Assembly: GCA_005893265.1 (NCBI GenBank)
Contig: VBOX01000087.1
Coordinates: forward strand, 128 to 64,127
DNA: 64,000 nucleotides
DNA from: Candidatus Eiseniibacteriota bacterium
Lineage (GTDB): Bacteria > Eisenbacteria > RBG-16-71-46 > SZUA-252
Direction: 5' to 3'
Shown: piece by piece, positions 28,128-37,497 of the stretch
How the letters are laid out: the number at the start of each line of letters is the position of its first letter
Numbering within the stretch: the stretch's first letter is position 1
Notes under the pieces: generated by a model
Database searches by the model: none
What the model saw: only the letters and a program-made list of their open reading frames with translations
What the model was told of the DNA's origin: nothing
Made by a program: the position numbers and the translations under genes

Positions 28128-29690
28128 TCACGCCGCCGTTCCCGACATTTCGTCGATGATCGCCTCGCGGGTGAGCGTCTCGGTCACGGGAAGCCACACG
28201 AGCTTGCCCGCCGCAAGGACTGCGAGCCGATCGGCCACCCGAAGCGCCTCCTCGGGATCCTCGGAGAGCCAGAGAAGGCCGCTCCGTCGCTCACATTGCA
28301 GCACCAGCGCCTTCCGTAGGTATTCCTGGGCCTCAAAACTCAGCCCCTGCGCGGGGGACCGCGCGACGAGGAGCACCGGATCGCGCAGCACCTCCCGCGC
28401 GATCACGATCCGCTGCCGCGCGCCTAGGCTCAAGCGGGCGAATCGGTCGCGCGGCTTGGCGTCCGGCACCTCGAAATCGCTGAGGGAGCGGACCGCGTTC
28501 CCTCGGATCGACTCGAATTTGAGCCAGCCGCGCCTCGCGAAGGGGCCGCGGCGGGTCTGGCCCAGGATGAGGTTTTCCTCGACGGAGAAATTCCCCAGCG
28601 ACTGATCGCGTGCGTGCGGTGGGCTCACGAAGCTCACGCCCGCTTCGACTCGCTGGCGGCGGTCGGTGGCCACCAACTCCTTGCCCAGAAACTGGATCGA
28701 TCCGCGATCCGGTTTGCGATGGCCAAGCAACACGTCGTGGAGCAGATCAAGGCCGTCCGCCGGGGCTCCCACGATCGCAAGGACTTCTCCAGAGCGCACC
28801 TCGAACGCGACGCCCGCGAGCGAGGTCTCGCGGCCGCGCCCTTCGAGAACGATGTTCTCGATGCGAAGCAACGCATCGCCGGCGGAGTGGGGTCCTGTCG
28901 GCGCCCTGCGGAGCCCGCCCCCCGTCCATCGATCAACCAGAGCAGACTCGGTGACGTCAGCGGTCGAAACCGTCGCTGGGGCCTGGCCCTGCCAGAGGAT
29001 GGTCACCGCGTCGGCGTCCGGGTAGCCGTCACGCGCCCACGTGCTCGTGAATACGACCGGGACCCCGTCGTCCCGCGCGATCGCGTGGGTCACCGCCAGT
29101 AAATGCCGTGCCTCATGGGGACCCAGCTCGCTCGTCGGCTCATCGAGAAACACGGCGCGGGGGGATTCGCTGAACGCCGCGGCGAGCTCGAGCAGTCTCC
29201 GCTCGAGCGGACGCAGGGCCTCGACCGGGACGTCGAGAAGAGCCTCGAGCCCCACGCGCTTCGCGAGCGCTCGGGCGTACTCCTCCGCCTTGCGACCGTG
29301 GATCGCGATCCCGAACCGCCGCGGAGGACGAGCGACGAGCAGCCGCTCGCGGATCGACAGTTGCGTCGCGTCAAGGTCGCGGGGCAGGAATCGTGTGCCG
29401 CGACGCCGATCGCGCAGGGAGGCATCGTCATCGCCGAGCCTGACCGTGCCGCGTTCCTCGCGGCGCAGTCCGGCCAGGGTCTCGAGCAACGCCGTCTTCC
29501 CCGTATCGCGCTCTCCCAAGACCATGTGCACGGTCCCGGGTTTCACTTCAAAGTCGAGATCGCGCACAAGCCAGCGCGATCCATCGGGCACCGTGAGGCC
29601 CTTCACCCTGAGTCCGGCGCTTCTCCCGCTCACTCCCGACCCCCTTCCCACGTCCCTGCCCGACCCGCCCGCGAACTGGGCTCGCTTCAA
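28128..29690 (-). CDS. ABC transporter ATP-binding protein with tandem NBDs (second Walker A degenerate)
   Basis: NBD1 Walker A GERDTGKT, signature-like LSIRERLLVA, Walker B VFLDEPTS. NBD2 has GAPADGLD (no Lys) and LSLGARQRIVIAREVL. Confidence 0.75.
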   Translation of the reverse strand: MKRAQFAGGSGRDVGRGSGVSGRSAGLRVKGLTVPDGSRWLVRDLDFEVKPGTVHMVLGERDTGKTALLETLAGLRREERGTVRLGDDDASLRDRRRGTRFLPRDLDATQLSIRERLLVARPPRRFGIAIHGRKAEEYARALAKRVGLEALLDVPVEALRPLERRLLELAAAFSESPRAVFLDEPTSELGPHEARHLLAVTHAIARDDGVPVVFTSTWARDGYPDADAVTILWQGQAPATVSTADVTESALVDRWTGGGLRRAPTGPHSAGDALLRIENIVLEGRGRETSLAGVAFEVRSGEVLAIVGAPADGLDLLHDVLLGHRKPDRGSIQFLGKELVATDRRQRVEAGVSFVSPPHARDQSLGNFSVEENLILGQTRRGPFARRGWLKFESIRGNAVRSLSDFEVPDAKPRDRFARLSLGARQRIVIAREVLRDPVLLVARSPAQGLSFEAQEYLRKALVLQCERRSGLLWLSEDPEEALRVADRLAVLAAGKLVWLPVTETLTREAIIDEMSGTAA

Positions 29691-30667
29691 TCCCGAACGA
29701 TCCGGGTTCCCGCCGTCCCTTCCAAAGCCTCGCGGATCTTCTCCGGCGAGGTGATGAAAACCGAGCCTCCCCCACTACGCACGAACTCGATCGCGGCTTG
29801 GATCTTCGGACCCATGCTCCCCTGAGGAAAATGCCCCTCGGCCATGAATCGTTCAAGCTCCGATGCGGTGGCGGTCGTGAGATCCCGCTGGTCGGGCTTT
29901 CCGAAATGGACAGCGACGCGGTCCACTCCGGTCACGATCAGGAGCGCCTCCGAGTCGAGCAACCTCCCCAGGAGCGAGGACGCGAGGTCCTTGTCGATGA
30001 CCGCCTCGACGCCGTGGAGCGTTCCGTCCCACTGGCGCGAGACAGGGATCCCGCCGCCCCCGGCCGCGATTACAACGTTTCCATCCTGCACGAGCTTCCG
30101 GATCGCGGCGATCTCCACGATCTCGAGCGGCTTCGGGGAAGGAACGACGCGCCGGTACCCCCGCCCCGCATCCTCCACCACGGTCCACCCCTTCTCCTTC
30201 GCCAGGGTTCGCGCGCGCTCGTGGGAGTAGAAGGGACCAATCGGCTTCGTGGGGCGGCGGAACGCCGGGTCCCGCTCGTCCACGATCACCTGCGTCACCA
30301 TGGTGACGACCGGGCGGTGGATGCCGATCCGGTGAAGCTCGTTCTGGAGCGTCTGCTGCATCATGTAGCCGATCCCGCCCTGCGAATCGGCACCGCATAC
30401 GTCGAGGGGCATCGGCGGGATCTGATCCCGCGCCGCCTCGTTTCGGATCAGAATGTTTCCGACGATCGGCCCGTTGCCGTGGCTCAGCACCACGGTGACC
30501 CCCTCGTGGATCAGCCGCGCGATCGGCTCCATCGTCACGCGGGTTATCGCAAGCTGCTCTTCGAACGTGCCCGTCCCGCGGGCGGGCAGAATGGCATTCC
30601 CGCCGAGCGTGATCACGGCGGACCGGGGTAGCTTGTTTGCGCGCGGCTCGACTTCGCGCGGCGTCAT
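29687..30667 (-). CDS. arcC: carbamate kinase
   Basis: ITLGGNAI, SHGNGP.VG, IAAGGGGIPV; length 326 aa. Confidence 0.85.
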   Translation of the reverse strand: MTPREVEPRANKLPRSAVITLGGNAILPARGTGTFEEQLAITRVTMEPIARLIHEGVTVVLSHGNGPIVGNILIRNEAARDQIPPMPLDVCGADSQGGIGYMMQQTLQNELHRIGIHRPVVTMVTQVIVDERDPAFRRPTKPIGPFYSHERARTLAKEKGWTVVEDAGRGYRRVVPSPKPLEIVEIAAIRKLVQDGNVVIAAGGGGIPVSRQWDGTLHGVEAVIDKDLASSLLGRLLDSEALLIVTGVDRVAVHFGKPDQRDLTTATASELERFMAEGHFPQGSMGPKIQAAIEFVRSGGGSVFITSPEKIREALEGTAGTRIVRD

Positions 30668-30670
30668 CCG

Positions 30671-31849
30671 TCAGCGCGCGGCCCGAATCTGGCTCTGGAC
30701 CCAGGCGCCGATGCGGCGGAGCGCCTCGCGTATGTTCTCGACCGAGTTGGCGTAAGAGAAGCGCATGTAACCCTCGCCGTGCGAGCCGAACGCGGTCCCG
30801 GACAGCGCCGCGACGCCGGCCTCCTCGAGGAGGATCCGCTCCGCGTCGGCGCTCGTCATCTGGAGCGCCTGAATATTCGGGAACACGTAGAAGGCGCCCG
30901 CCGGCTTCAAACATCGGATCCCGGGGATCGCGTTCAAGCCCTGGACGATCTCGTCGCGCCGCCGATGGAACTCGGTGACCATGCTTCCGACTTCACTCTG
31001 GGCCCCGCCCAGCGCCACGATCGCCGCCCGCTGCACGAACGAGGTCGCGCAGGAATAGACGTTCGTGGCGAGCCGCGCGACGTGCTTCGCGAGCGTCGGA
31101 TTCATGATCCCGTATCCGAGGCGCCAGCCGGTCATCGCGTAGGTCTTCGAGAATCCGTCGAGGAGGATTGTCTTCTCGGCCATTCCCGGACGGGTGGCGA
31201 TCGACTCGTGGACCCCATCGTAGAGAATCTTGGAATAGATCTCGTCGGATAGAACGAAGATCTCGCGGTCGCGCAGCAGTGCGGCGATCTCGTCGAGATC
31301 CTTGGGCGTGAGGACCGAGCCTGTCGGGTTGTGCGGCGAGTTGAGCACCACCATCCGCGTCTTCGGCGTGAGCAGGGGCTCGAGATCCTCGGCGCCGACC
31401 CGGAATCCGCGGTCTTCGCGCAGCACCATGGGAACGGGCTTCGCGCCGATGAACCGGACGACCGATTCGTAGATGGGAAAGCCCGGATTCGGCACGATGA
31501 CTTCGTCCCCCGGGTTCACGCACGCCATGATCGCGAACGTGAGCACGGGTTTTCCTCCCGGGGTCACGACCACCTGGTCCGGGGCTGTCTTGAGTCCCCG
31601 GTCGCGGGTGATGAAGGCCGCGATCGCCTCGCGCACCTCGGGCAGCCCCGCCGAGGGACCGTAGTGCGTGAACCCCTCGTCGAGGGCACGCGCCGCCGCC
31701 GCGCGGATCGAAGCCGGGGTATCGAAGTCGGGCTCTCCGATTTCGAGGTGCACGATCGACCGGCCCTGGGCCTCCAGGGCCCTCGCCTTCGCGAGGACCT
31801 CGAAGGCCGTTTCGGTGCCGAGCTGATTCATCCGGTCCGCATATCGCAT
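30671..31849 (-). CDS. class I/II pyridoxal-phosphate aminotransferase (aspartate aminotransferase family)
   Basis: VVLNSPHNPTG, GFSKTYAMTGWRLGY (PLP-Lys). Confidence 0.85.
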   Translation of the reverse strand: MRYADRMNQLGTETAFEVLAKARALEAQGRSIVHLEIGEPDFDTPASIRAAAARALDEGFTHYGPSAGLPEVREAIAAFITRDRGLKTAPDQVVVTPGGKPVLTFAIMACVNPGDEVIVPNPGFPIYESVVRFIGAKPVPMVLREDRGFRVGAEDLEPLLTPKTRMVVLNSPHNPTGSVLTPKDLDEIAALLRDREIFVLSDEIYSKILYDGVHESIATRPGMAEKTILLDGFSKTYAMTGWRLGYGIMNPTLAKHVARLATNVYSCATSFVQRAAIVALGGAQSEVGSMVTEFHRRRDEIVQGLNAIPGIRCLKPAGAFYVFPNIQALQMTSADAERILLEEAGVAALSGTAFGSHGEGYMRFSYANSVENIREALRRIGAWVQSQIRAAR

Positions 31850-31857
31850 CGTGTCTC

Positions 31858-33384
31858 CTAGGGTGACCGATTCAACCTGAGCCAGAGCGTTCCGCTCCAG
31901 GGTCTGGCGCCGCCCGAGTCCTCACCCCGCTCGAGCGCGTATCCGAACTGCCAGAGCCGGGGCCCAAACCCACCGCGCGCGGAGACCCAGAGGCCCGGCT
32001 TCGATCGCGTTCGCAACGTAGTGTCGCCGGACGGCGTGAGCCCGATGCCCCATGCCGATGCGCCTTTCCGGATCCGCGTCGCCTCGACCAGCAGCGAGTG
32101 CCGGCCGAGCTTTCGCATGCGCAGGTCGAGCCTCGAACCGAATGTCGTGCTCGACGCGCTCGATCCGGCGTTTCTGGAGCCGCGTTTCAGCACGTGCACG
32201 GCGAGGCTGCGCCGGTCGTCGCGGGCGAGGGTCGCATCGGCGAGCCCGTAGGACTCGAGTGCCGTGGGCCGATTGCCCACGCGCCCGAGGCCGGCGGTCC
32301 CCACTCGCAGCCGCAGGGGCGCGCCGTCGCCTCGCGACCTCGTCACCTCCAGCTCCAGGAGCCCGTCGTCGGCCGTCGCGTTGCCCGACCAGGAACGCCA
32401 CGTCACGCGGGCCCGCGAAGCGGAGCCGATCGTTTCCGCGCTCAGCTCTGCGGCAACCTGCCTCGCCGTCCAAGAGCGATACCGCCAGCGCGCGGAGAGA
32501 AACGCGTTCCCGCTCCGTCTCCCGACTTCCGCTAGGAGCGCGCGTCCATCACGGCAGTCGAGCGCTTCCAGCGCCACGTTCCCGCTTTGGGCTCGTCGTA
32601 CGACGGTGATCGAGCCGCAGCGCAAAGGTGGAACCGAGGCCCCGCCCCCAGCCGTCTTCGTCTCCGCATCCGCGGCCCGGCCGCGCAAGTCCGCGCCGAA
32701 CGCCGCCACGGCGCGGGTTCGCCCCCATGCAGCCCCTAGCCCCACGCCCCCGATCGGCTCGCGGGTCTCGCTTCGGAACCCGGCGAACGCCCAGATCGCC
32801 TGGGGCCCGTTCCACGTGAATGCGCCTCCGTCGAGCGCTCCGGCCGAAGCGCCAAGCGAGGGCTGTGCGCGCGCCGTGCCCGTCCTCGGCCCCAGCAAGC
32901 GGCGGCCGCCCCGCGTGATGCGCATCGCTTCCGCGAATAGCGCGGGGCCGCGCGTCACGCTCACCCGGCCTCCAGCCAACACGAGGCGCTCCCCGCCGAC
33001 CGTCAAACGGGCTCCCGGCCTGAACCGCCGCTCGTCCACGAGGAAGCCAAGCTCGCCGCGCGCGCCCCGGCGCTCATCGAGCACGCCGATCCGCCGCAGC
33101 CGAAACTGCCCGCGGGTGACCGCGCCCCGAAACAGCGCGCAGGGCCGCAGGGGCGCCCGCTCCTCCTCCAAGGGCTCTGTGGTCTCGAGATCCTCTTCCG
33201 GGGCCGGCAACCACGCATCGCCGCCATCCGTGGAATCCGGCTCCGCCGGCGCCTGGCTCGCCCCATCCAGAACAGCCGCATCCGCCGCCGCGCATCTCAC
33301 CGACGTCGCCATCAAGGGCATGCCGGCGGCGAACACGAAGCACAGATGCCTTGAAAATGGCGCGAGCCGAGTGCGCCGGCGCAT
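31858..33384 (-). CDS. hypothetical secreted/outer-membrane protein (beta-rich; 3' segment of the 1882-codon open frame)
   Basis: N-terminal signal-like MRRRTRLAPFSRHLCFVFAAGMPLMA after a 360-bp divergent intergenic region. Alternating hydrophobic beta-strand pattern. Ends 6 nt upstream of the aminotransferase start. Confidence 0.4.
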   Translation of the reverse strand: MRRRTRLAPFSRHLCFVFAAGMPLMATSVRCAAADAAVLDGASQAPAEPDSTDGGDAWLPAPEEDLETTEPLEEERAPLRPCALFRGAVTRGQFRLRRIGVLDERRGARGELGFLVDERRFRPGARLTVGGERLVLAGGRVSVTRGPALFAEAMRITRGGRRLLGPRTGTARAQPSLGASAGALDGGAFTWNGPQAIWAFAGFRSETREPIGGVGLGAAWGRTRAVAAFGADLRGRAADAETKTAGGGASVPPLRCGSITVVRRAQSGNVALEALDCRDGRALLAEVGRRSGNAFLSARWRYRSWTARQVAAELSAETIGSASRARVTWRSWSGNATADDGLLELEVTRSRGDGAPLRLRVGTAGLGRVGNRPTALESYGLADATLARDDRRSLAVHVLKRGSRNAGSSASSTTFGSRLDLRMRKLGRHSLLVEATRIRKGASAWGIGLTPSGDTTLRTRSKPGLWVSARGGFGPRLWQFGYALERGEDSGGARPWSGTLWLRLNRSP

Positions 33385-33744
33385 GATAGCAGAGGGTCCC
33401 GGGGGCAACAACGCCGCCATGGACCGCCGCGATCGAGCCCGGCGCGAGCCTCGCAACGATGCGACAAACCCAACAGCCCAGGCGATTTCGGTGGAAGTGA
33501 CCTCGCCGATCGAGTATAATACTTCACGCCGCTTCCGAGTGGCTGTCGCGGTCGGGGAGCGGATGTCGCAAACATCCAGCATGCGAGGTCTCCCCGAGGC
33601 GACATGCCCAGCCCGTGCCGGTCTGCCGTCAGATGTCGCGCCGTGCCTGGCCTGTCCTTCGCCCCGGAGCGCCCTCGAGATCGGGCATCGATTCGAATCC
33701 ACCTTCTTTCCGCACCAGTCGATCGATCCAGAAGGAGCTCCCCT

Positions 33745-36594
33745 ATGCGACGTAGTGCTACTGCGCTGATCGTGTCTCTCTTTCTCTCGGCATCCCTCTC
33801 CGGCGGCTCTGTCGCCTCCTCGAGCGTGCCCGCGCCGTCCGGTGAGACGGTCCTCCCGGGTGTGGTCCCGACCCAGATCCCCGAGAGCGGGCCCGAAGTC
33901 GGACAGCCCCCGGCTCGCGCTGGGCGTTCGATGCGTACGGCTGCTACCGGAGAGACGGTCTGGGTTTTCATCGACAGTCTCGAGACGCGCACGAGCCCTA
34001 ACAACGAGGGAGGGTGGACCCACTACGACGCTTCCGCGAAGCCGACCGCGTGGCACATCGATACCTTCCTCGGGTGCCAGAACCATTCGTGGTGGTGCGG
34101 GGTCATCGACTCTTCCTGGATTTACGACTCGAATCGCGCCGGGTACGACAACGACTGGACTCAATACCTCCAGAACTCGTTCCCCTCGAGCGCCGCACCG
34201 GCGGGAAGCCAGGTCACGATCAGCTTCAGGCACCACTTCGACGCCGAGCCCCTTTATGACTTTGGGTACGTCGAAGTGAACGATCTCGATAACAACTGGC
34301 AGCAGCTCGCTTTCTTCACGGGAAAGGTTCCGAATAGCTCCCTTTGCGACACCTTCACGGTGAACGTTCCAGATTCCATCGTCGCGAAGTGGCGCGCTGG
34401 GAACGACGGCACCGGCACGAACCCCCTTCCGGTGCCGTTCCGGTTCAATTTCACGAGCGATATCGGCTATTCCTCGGCGGACGGCCTTTACAACGGAGAC
34501 GGCTGGATCATCGACAACGTCACCGTCAAGTCGGGCTCGAACGTCATCTTCTCCGACAACGTGGAAAACGGGATGGGTAACTGGCAGCGGTCCACGTTCC
34601 CCGGCGTGGGCGACTTCTTCTACCTCCAAAGCAACGTCCTGACCGAGGACGTGTGTTCCTCGAATCAATCGAAGGTCTGGACCGACTGGAACCAGGCCAC
34701 CCTGACCCTGGTTCCCCGTCTGGACAACTTCGTCGTGACCCCACCGGTCGCGACGAACCGGGCGAGCACGGTCTTTGTCAATTTCGATGTCTACCGAAAC
34801 CTTCCGCTCAACTCGTGCTTCTACTACCACACGAATTTCCGAACGAAGAACATCGGTGACGCCCAGTGGGGAAACTGGATCGACCCGACTTTCTTTGTTT
34901 ATTACGGGGGAAACAAAGACTGGATCCGCCAGGCGATCTCGCTGCCTGGGGCGGGCGGCAAGGATTCCGTGCAGGTGGAGTTGGGCCTCCGGGATTACGC
35001 CATCGTCTTTTGCGGCGGCAACTCGTCCTCCTCCAACACATATGGGTTGTTCGACAACGTCGCGATCGGAGTAATCGGCCAGACCGGCCCCGGCTTCATC
35101 GTGCGCGACATAGACCTTTTCAACGACACGTTCCAGACGACCCCGTTCTTCCGAGACGACAACTTCAACAGCCCGCTCGGTGACACCACGGTCGTGCAGG
35201 TCAGCGCGTCGCACGGGTACAAGAACGGCTTCATGTATTACAGATTTAATGGCGGGTCGTTCAACTCGGTCCCACTCCAGCACGTGGCGCCGGCGCTCCC
35301 GACCCATTTCTTCGCCGACGTTCCTCCCGGGAGCTACCCGGCAAACACGACCCTGGAGTATTACTTCGCGGCGACGGACAGCCAGAACGTCACCGCCTAT
35401 TTCCCGGTCGACGCGATCACGAACCAGCGCTATCGCTCGGCTTCGATCCTGCCTGTGAAGACGGCCATCAATCTGCCGATGGGGTGCAGCGACAGCCTCG
35501 CCTCGATCCTCTTCGTGAATCACTTCTCGGGGCGCGAGCCGCAAGCGTACACCGCGTCCGCGCTGACCGCGCTCGGGTTCAAGTACGACACATGGGATGT
35601 GAACGGCCCGACGAGCGGAATCGGAAACTGCCTCGGCGGCTCCGACCCGACCGATATCCAGTACCACTGGCCGGTGACGGACGTCGGCAAGCTGCTTCAG
35701 TACTCCACGATCATCTGGCACTCGGGGGATCTCTCCTCGTTCACCATCACGCCTCAGGATCAGGCGGTGATCCAGTCCTGGATCCAGCAGCCGGGGAAGG
35801 ACCGCAACTTCTGGATCTCCGGGGACGACGTTGGCTACGATCTCATGGCAAACAGCGGCGCGAATAACTACAACGGCTTCCTGGGGTTCACGTGCGGCGT
35901 GCTCTGGCTGCGGAACAACTGGGAGAACACCCCTCAGGACACGCTCCATCCGGTCGTGAAAGGGGTGCCCGGGGGTCCCGCGGCGGGGCGGTTCATGCAC
36001 CTGAACGGGGGTTGTCCCATCATCAATCAGTTTGATCTGGTCACACTTTCCTCGGCCGCGAACCAGGGCAAGTCGGGCAACCTGCTCACGTACCCCAACA
36101 GTTTCGCCGCCGCGACGCGTTACGCCACCGATTACAACACCTTCAGCCCGACCGACAGCGCGAGGTCCGTCTTCTGCGGGTTCGGCTTCAACGCGATCGA
36201 GGAGGGGGGCGAAAGGCTCCAGCTCACGAACGCGATCGTCCACAACTACTTCAAGGAAAACGCCTGCTACACGGCTACGGGGGTGGAGGAGGGATCGGGT
36301 GAGGAAGCTCCGACGTTCCGGAGCAGCCTCGGGCAGAACATGCCGAACCCGTTCAACCCCGAGACCGCGATCCACTACTCTGTGGCGCGCGCGGGCCAGG
36401 TTGATATCCGCATCTACAACGTAAGCGGGGCCCTTGTGCGCACTCTGGTGAGTCACGTTCAGCCTCCCGGCGAGTACGTCGCGCGCTGGAACGGGGCGGA
36501 TGATCAGGGGCACCAGCTCCCGAGCGGAGCCTACTTCTACGTGCTCGATACGAAGGGATTCCGGGCTTCGAAGAAGCTGATCCTCCTCCGTTAG
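33745..36594 (+). CDS. large secreted protein (949 aa) with C-terminal FlgD-Ig/T9SS-type sorting domain; function unknown; markedly lower GC than flanks
   Basis: GAAGGAG RBS, signal peptide MRRSATALIVSLFLSASLSGG, Asn/Trp/Tyr-rich ectodomain. C-terminal NPFNPETAIHYSV..GQVDIRIYNVSGALVRTL...GAYFYVLDTKGF; strong terminator follows. Confidence 0.8.
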   Translation: MRRSATALIVSLFLSASLSGGSVASSSVPAPSGETVLPGVVPTQIPESGPEVGQPPARAGRSMRTAATGETVWVFIDSLETRTSPNNEGGWTHYDASAKPTAWHIDTFLGCQNHSWWCGVIDSSWIYDSNRAGYDNDWTQYLQNSFPSSAAPAGSQVTISFRHHFDAEPLYDFGYVEVNDLDNNWQQLAFFTGKVPNSSLCDTFTVNVPDSIVAKWRAGNDGTGTNPLPVPFRFNFTSDIGYSSADGLYNGDGWIIDNVTVKSGSNVIFSDNVENGMGNWQRSTFPGVGDFFYLQSNVLTEDVCSSNQSKVWTDWNQATLTLVPRLDNFVVTPPVATNRASTVFVNFDVYRNLPLNSCFYYHTNFRTKNIGDAQWGNWIDPTFFVYYGGNKDWIRQAISLPGAGGKDSVQVELGLRDYAIVFCGGNSSSSNTYGLFDNVAIGVIGQTGPGFIVRDIDLFNDTFQTTPFFRDDNFNSPLGDTTVVQVSASHGYKNGFMYYRFNGGSFNSVPLQHVAPALPTHFFADVPPGSYPANTTLEYYFAATDSQNVTAYFPVDAITNQRYRSASILPVKTAINLPMGCSDSLASILFVNHFSGREPQAYTASALTALGFKYDTWDVNGPTSGIGNCLGGSDPTDIQYHWPVTDVGKLLQYSTIIWHSGDLSSFTITPQDQAVIQSWIQQPGKDRNFWISGDDVGYDLMANSGANNYNGFLGFTCGVLWLRNNWENTPQDTLHPVVKGVPGGPAAGRFMHLNGGCPIINQFDLVTLSSAANQGKSGNLLTYPNSFAAATRYATDYNTFSPTDSARSVFCGFGFNAIEEGGERLQLTNAIVHNYFKENACYTATGVEEGSGEEAPTFRSSLGQNMPNPFNPETAIHYSVARAGQVDIRIYNVSGALVRTLVSHVQPPGEYVARWNGADDQGHQLPSGAYFYVLDTKGFRASKKLILLR

Positions 36595-36628
36595 CGCGCC
36601 TCGCTCGCGGTGGAGCTTCGAAGACTCG

Positions 36629-36664
36629 CGGGGGCCCGCCTTCTCGGCGGGCCTCCCCCTTTTC
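36629..36664. terminator. rho-independent terminator (GGGGGCCCGCC-ttctc-GGCGGGCCTCCCCC-TTTT)
   Basis: GC-rich 11-bp stem followed by a T-run, immediately after the 33745..36594 stop. Confidence 0.65.
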
Positions 36665-37497
36665 CCGGACGCGAGGCCCAAACGAATGCCCGTGATCGTT
36701 CCCCCGAACGCGTAGTCGAGCCTTCCCCAGGACGCCTCGATATTCCCTGTCCTCACTTCGAGCGCCGCCCCGATCCTGCCGGGGGCCGAGCCGCGTCCCA
36801 GCCTTAGGCGCAACGCCTCCCCGAACGGAACCTCGAGCGCCATGCGCGGGCCATGGGTCCCGTCCGGCTGCCAACGGTCCACGATCGCTACGCGCGCTGA
36901 TCCCGCGCTAAGCGAGGCGCCCAGCTCCAAGGCGGCGCGGACGGCCCCCCGCTCCAGCGCTCGGGTTCTCAGAATCCGGTCGCCACCGATCCACACATCC
37001 AGCCGCCCACCCGCTGCGCCGCGGGCGCATCCGCCGAGCGCCCAGCCACCCCAGGCTTCCGAGCCCTCGGGGAGAAAATCGAGGCGCTCCACGCGGAGGG
37101 CCAAAGCGATCGGGCGTGCGGCACGTTCCCTGACCTCAAGACGGACCGACGACTCGCCCGTCCCCGGGCCGGAGAGCGCAGCGTATTCAAGGCGGAACGC
37201 ATGAGTCTTTTGCTGCAGGGAGATGTCGAGCTGGTTCAGCGACAGGGCATCGGCGCCGAAGGGGGACGCGCGGGTTGCCCCAGCGCGCCACGAAAGTCCG
37301 GTCATGCCAGCCGACGCGGAGTCTGCGGGATCACCTGACGCCTCCGGGCTGGAACCACCATCGAAAGTGCGCCATGCGCCGTCGGTGGAAGCGGTGCCCA
37401 ACGCGTCCGGGCTGGCGTCCCGGAGCTCGAACGCTGCCCAGGCGTGGGGCAACGGCACCGCCGCGCTCCACAGGAGAAAGGCCGCGACGAACCTCAT
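36640..37497 (-). CDS. putative outer-membrane beta-barrel protein (signal peptide; 3' end undefined because the frame has no stop before entering the antisense of the convergent gene)
   Basis: ATG overlaps the TGA of the upstream LTD gene (ATGA). Signal MRFVAAFLLWSAAVPLPHAWA, then amphipathic beta-strands (AFRLEYAALSG, RLDYAFGGTITGIRLGL). The 36640 end is an arbitrary placement. Confidence 0.3.

Noticed and set aside
32264-33769. 501-aa plus-strand ORF
   Set aside because: Arg/Ser/Pro-rich, no domain signal, fully antisense to the better-supported minus-strand gene 31858..33384
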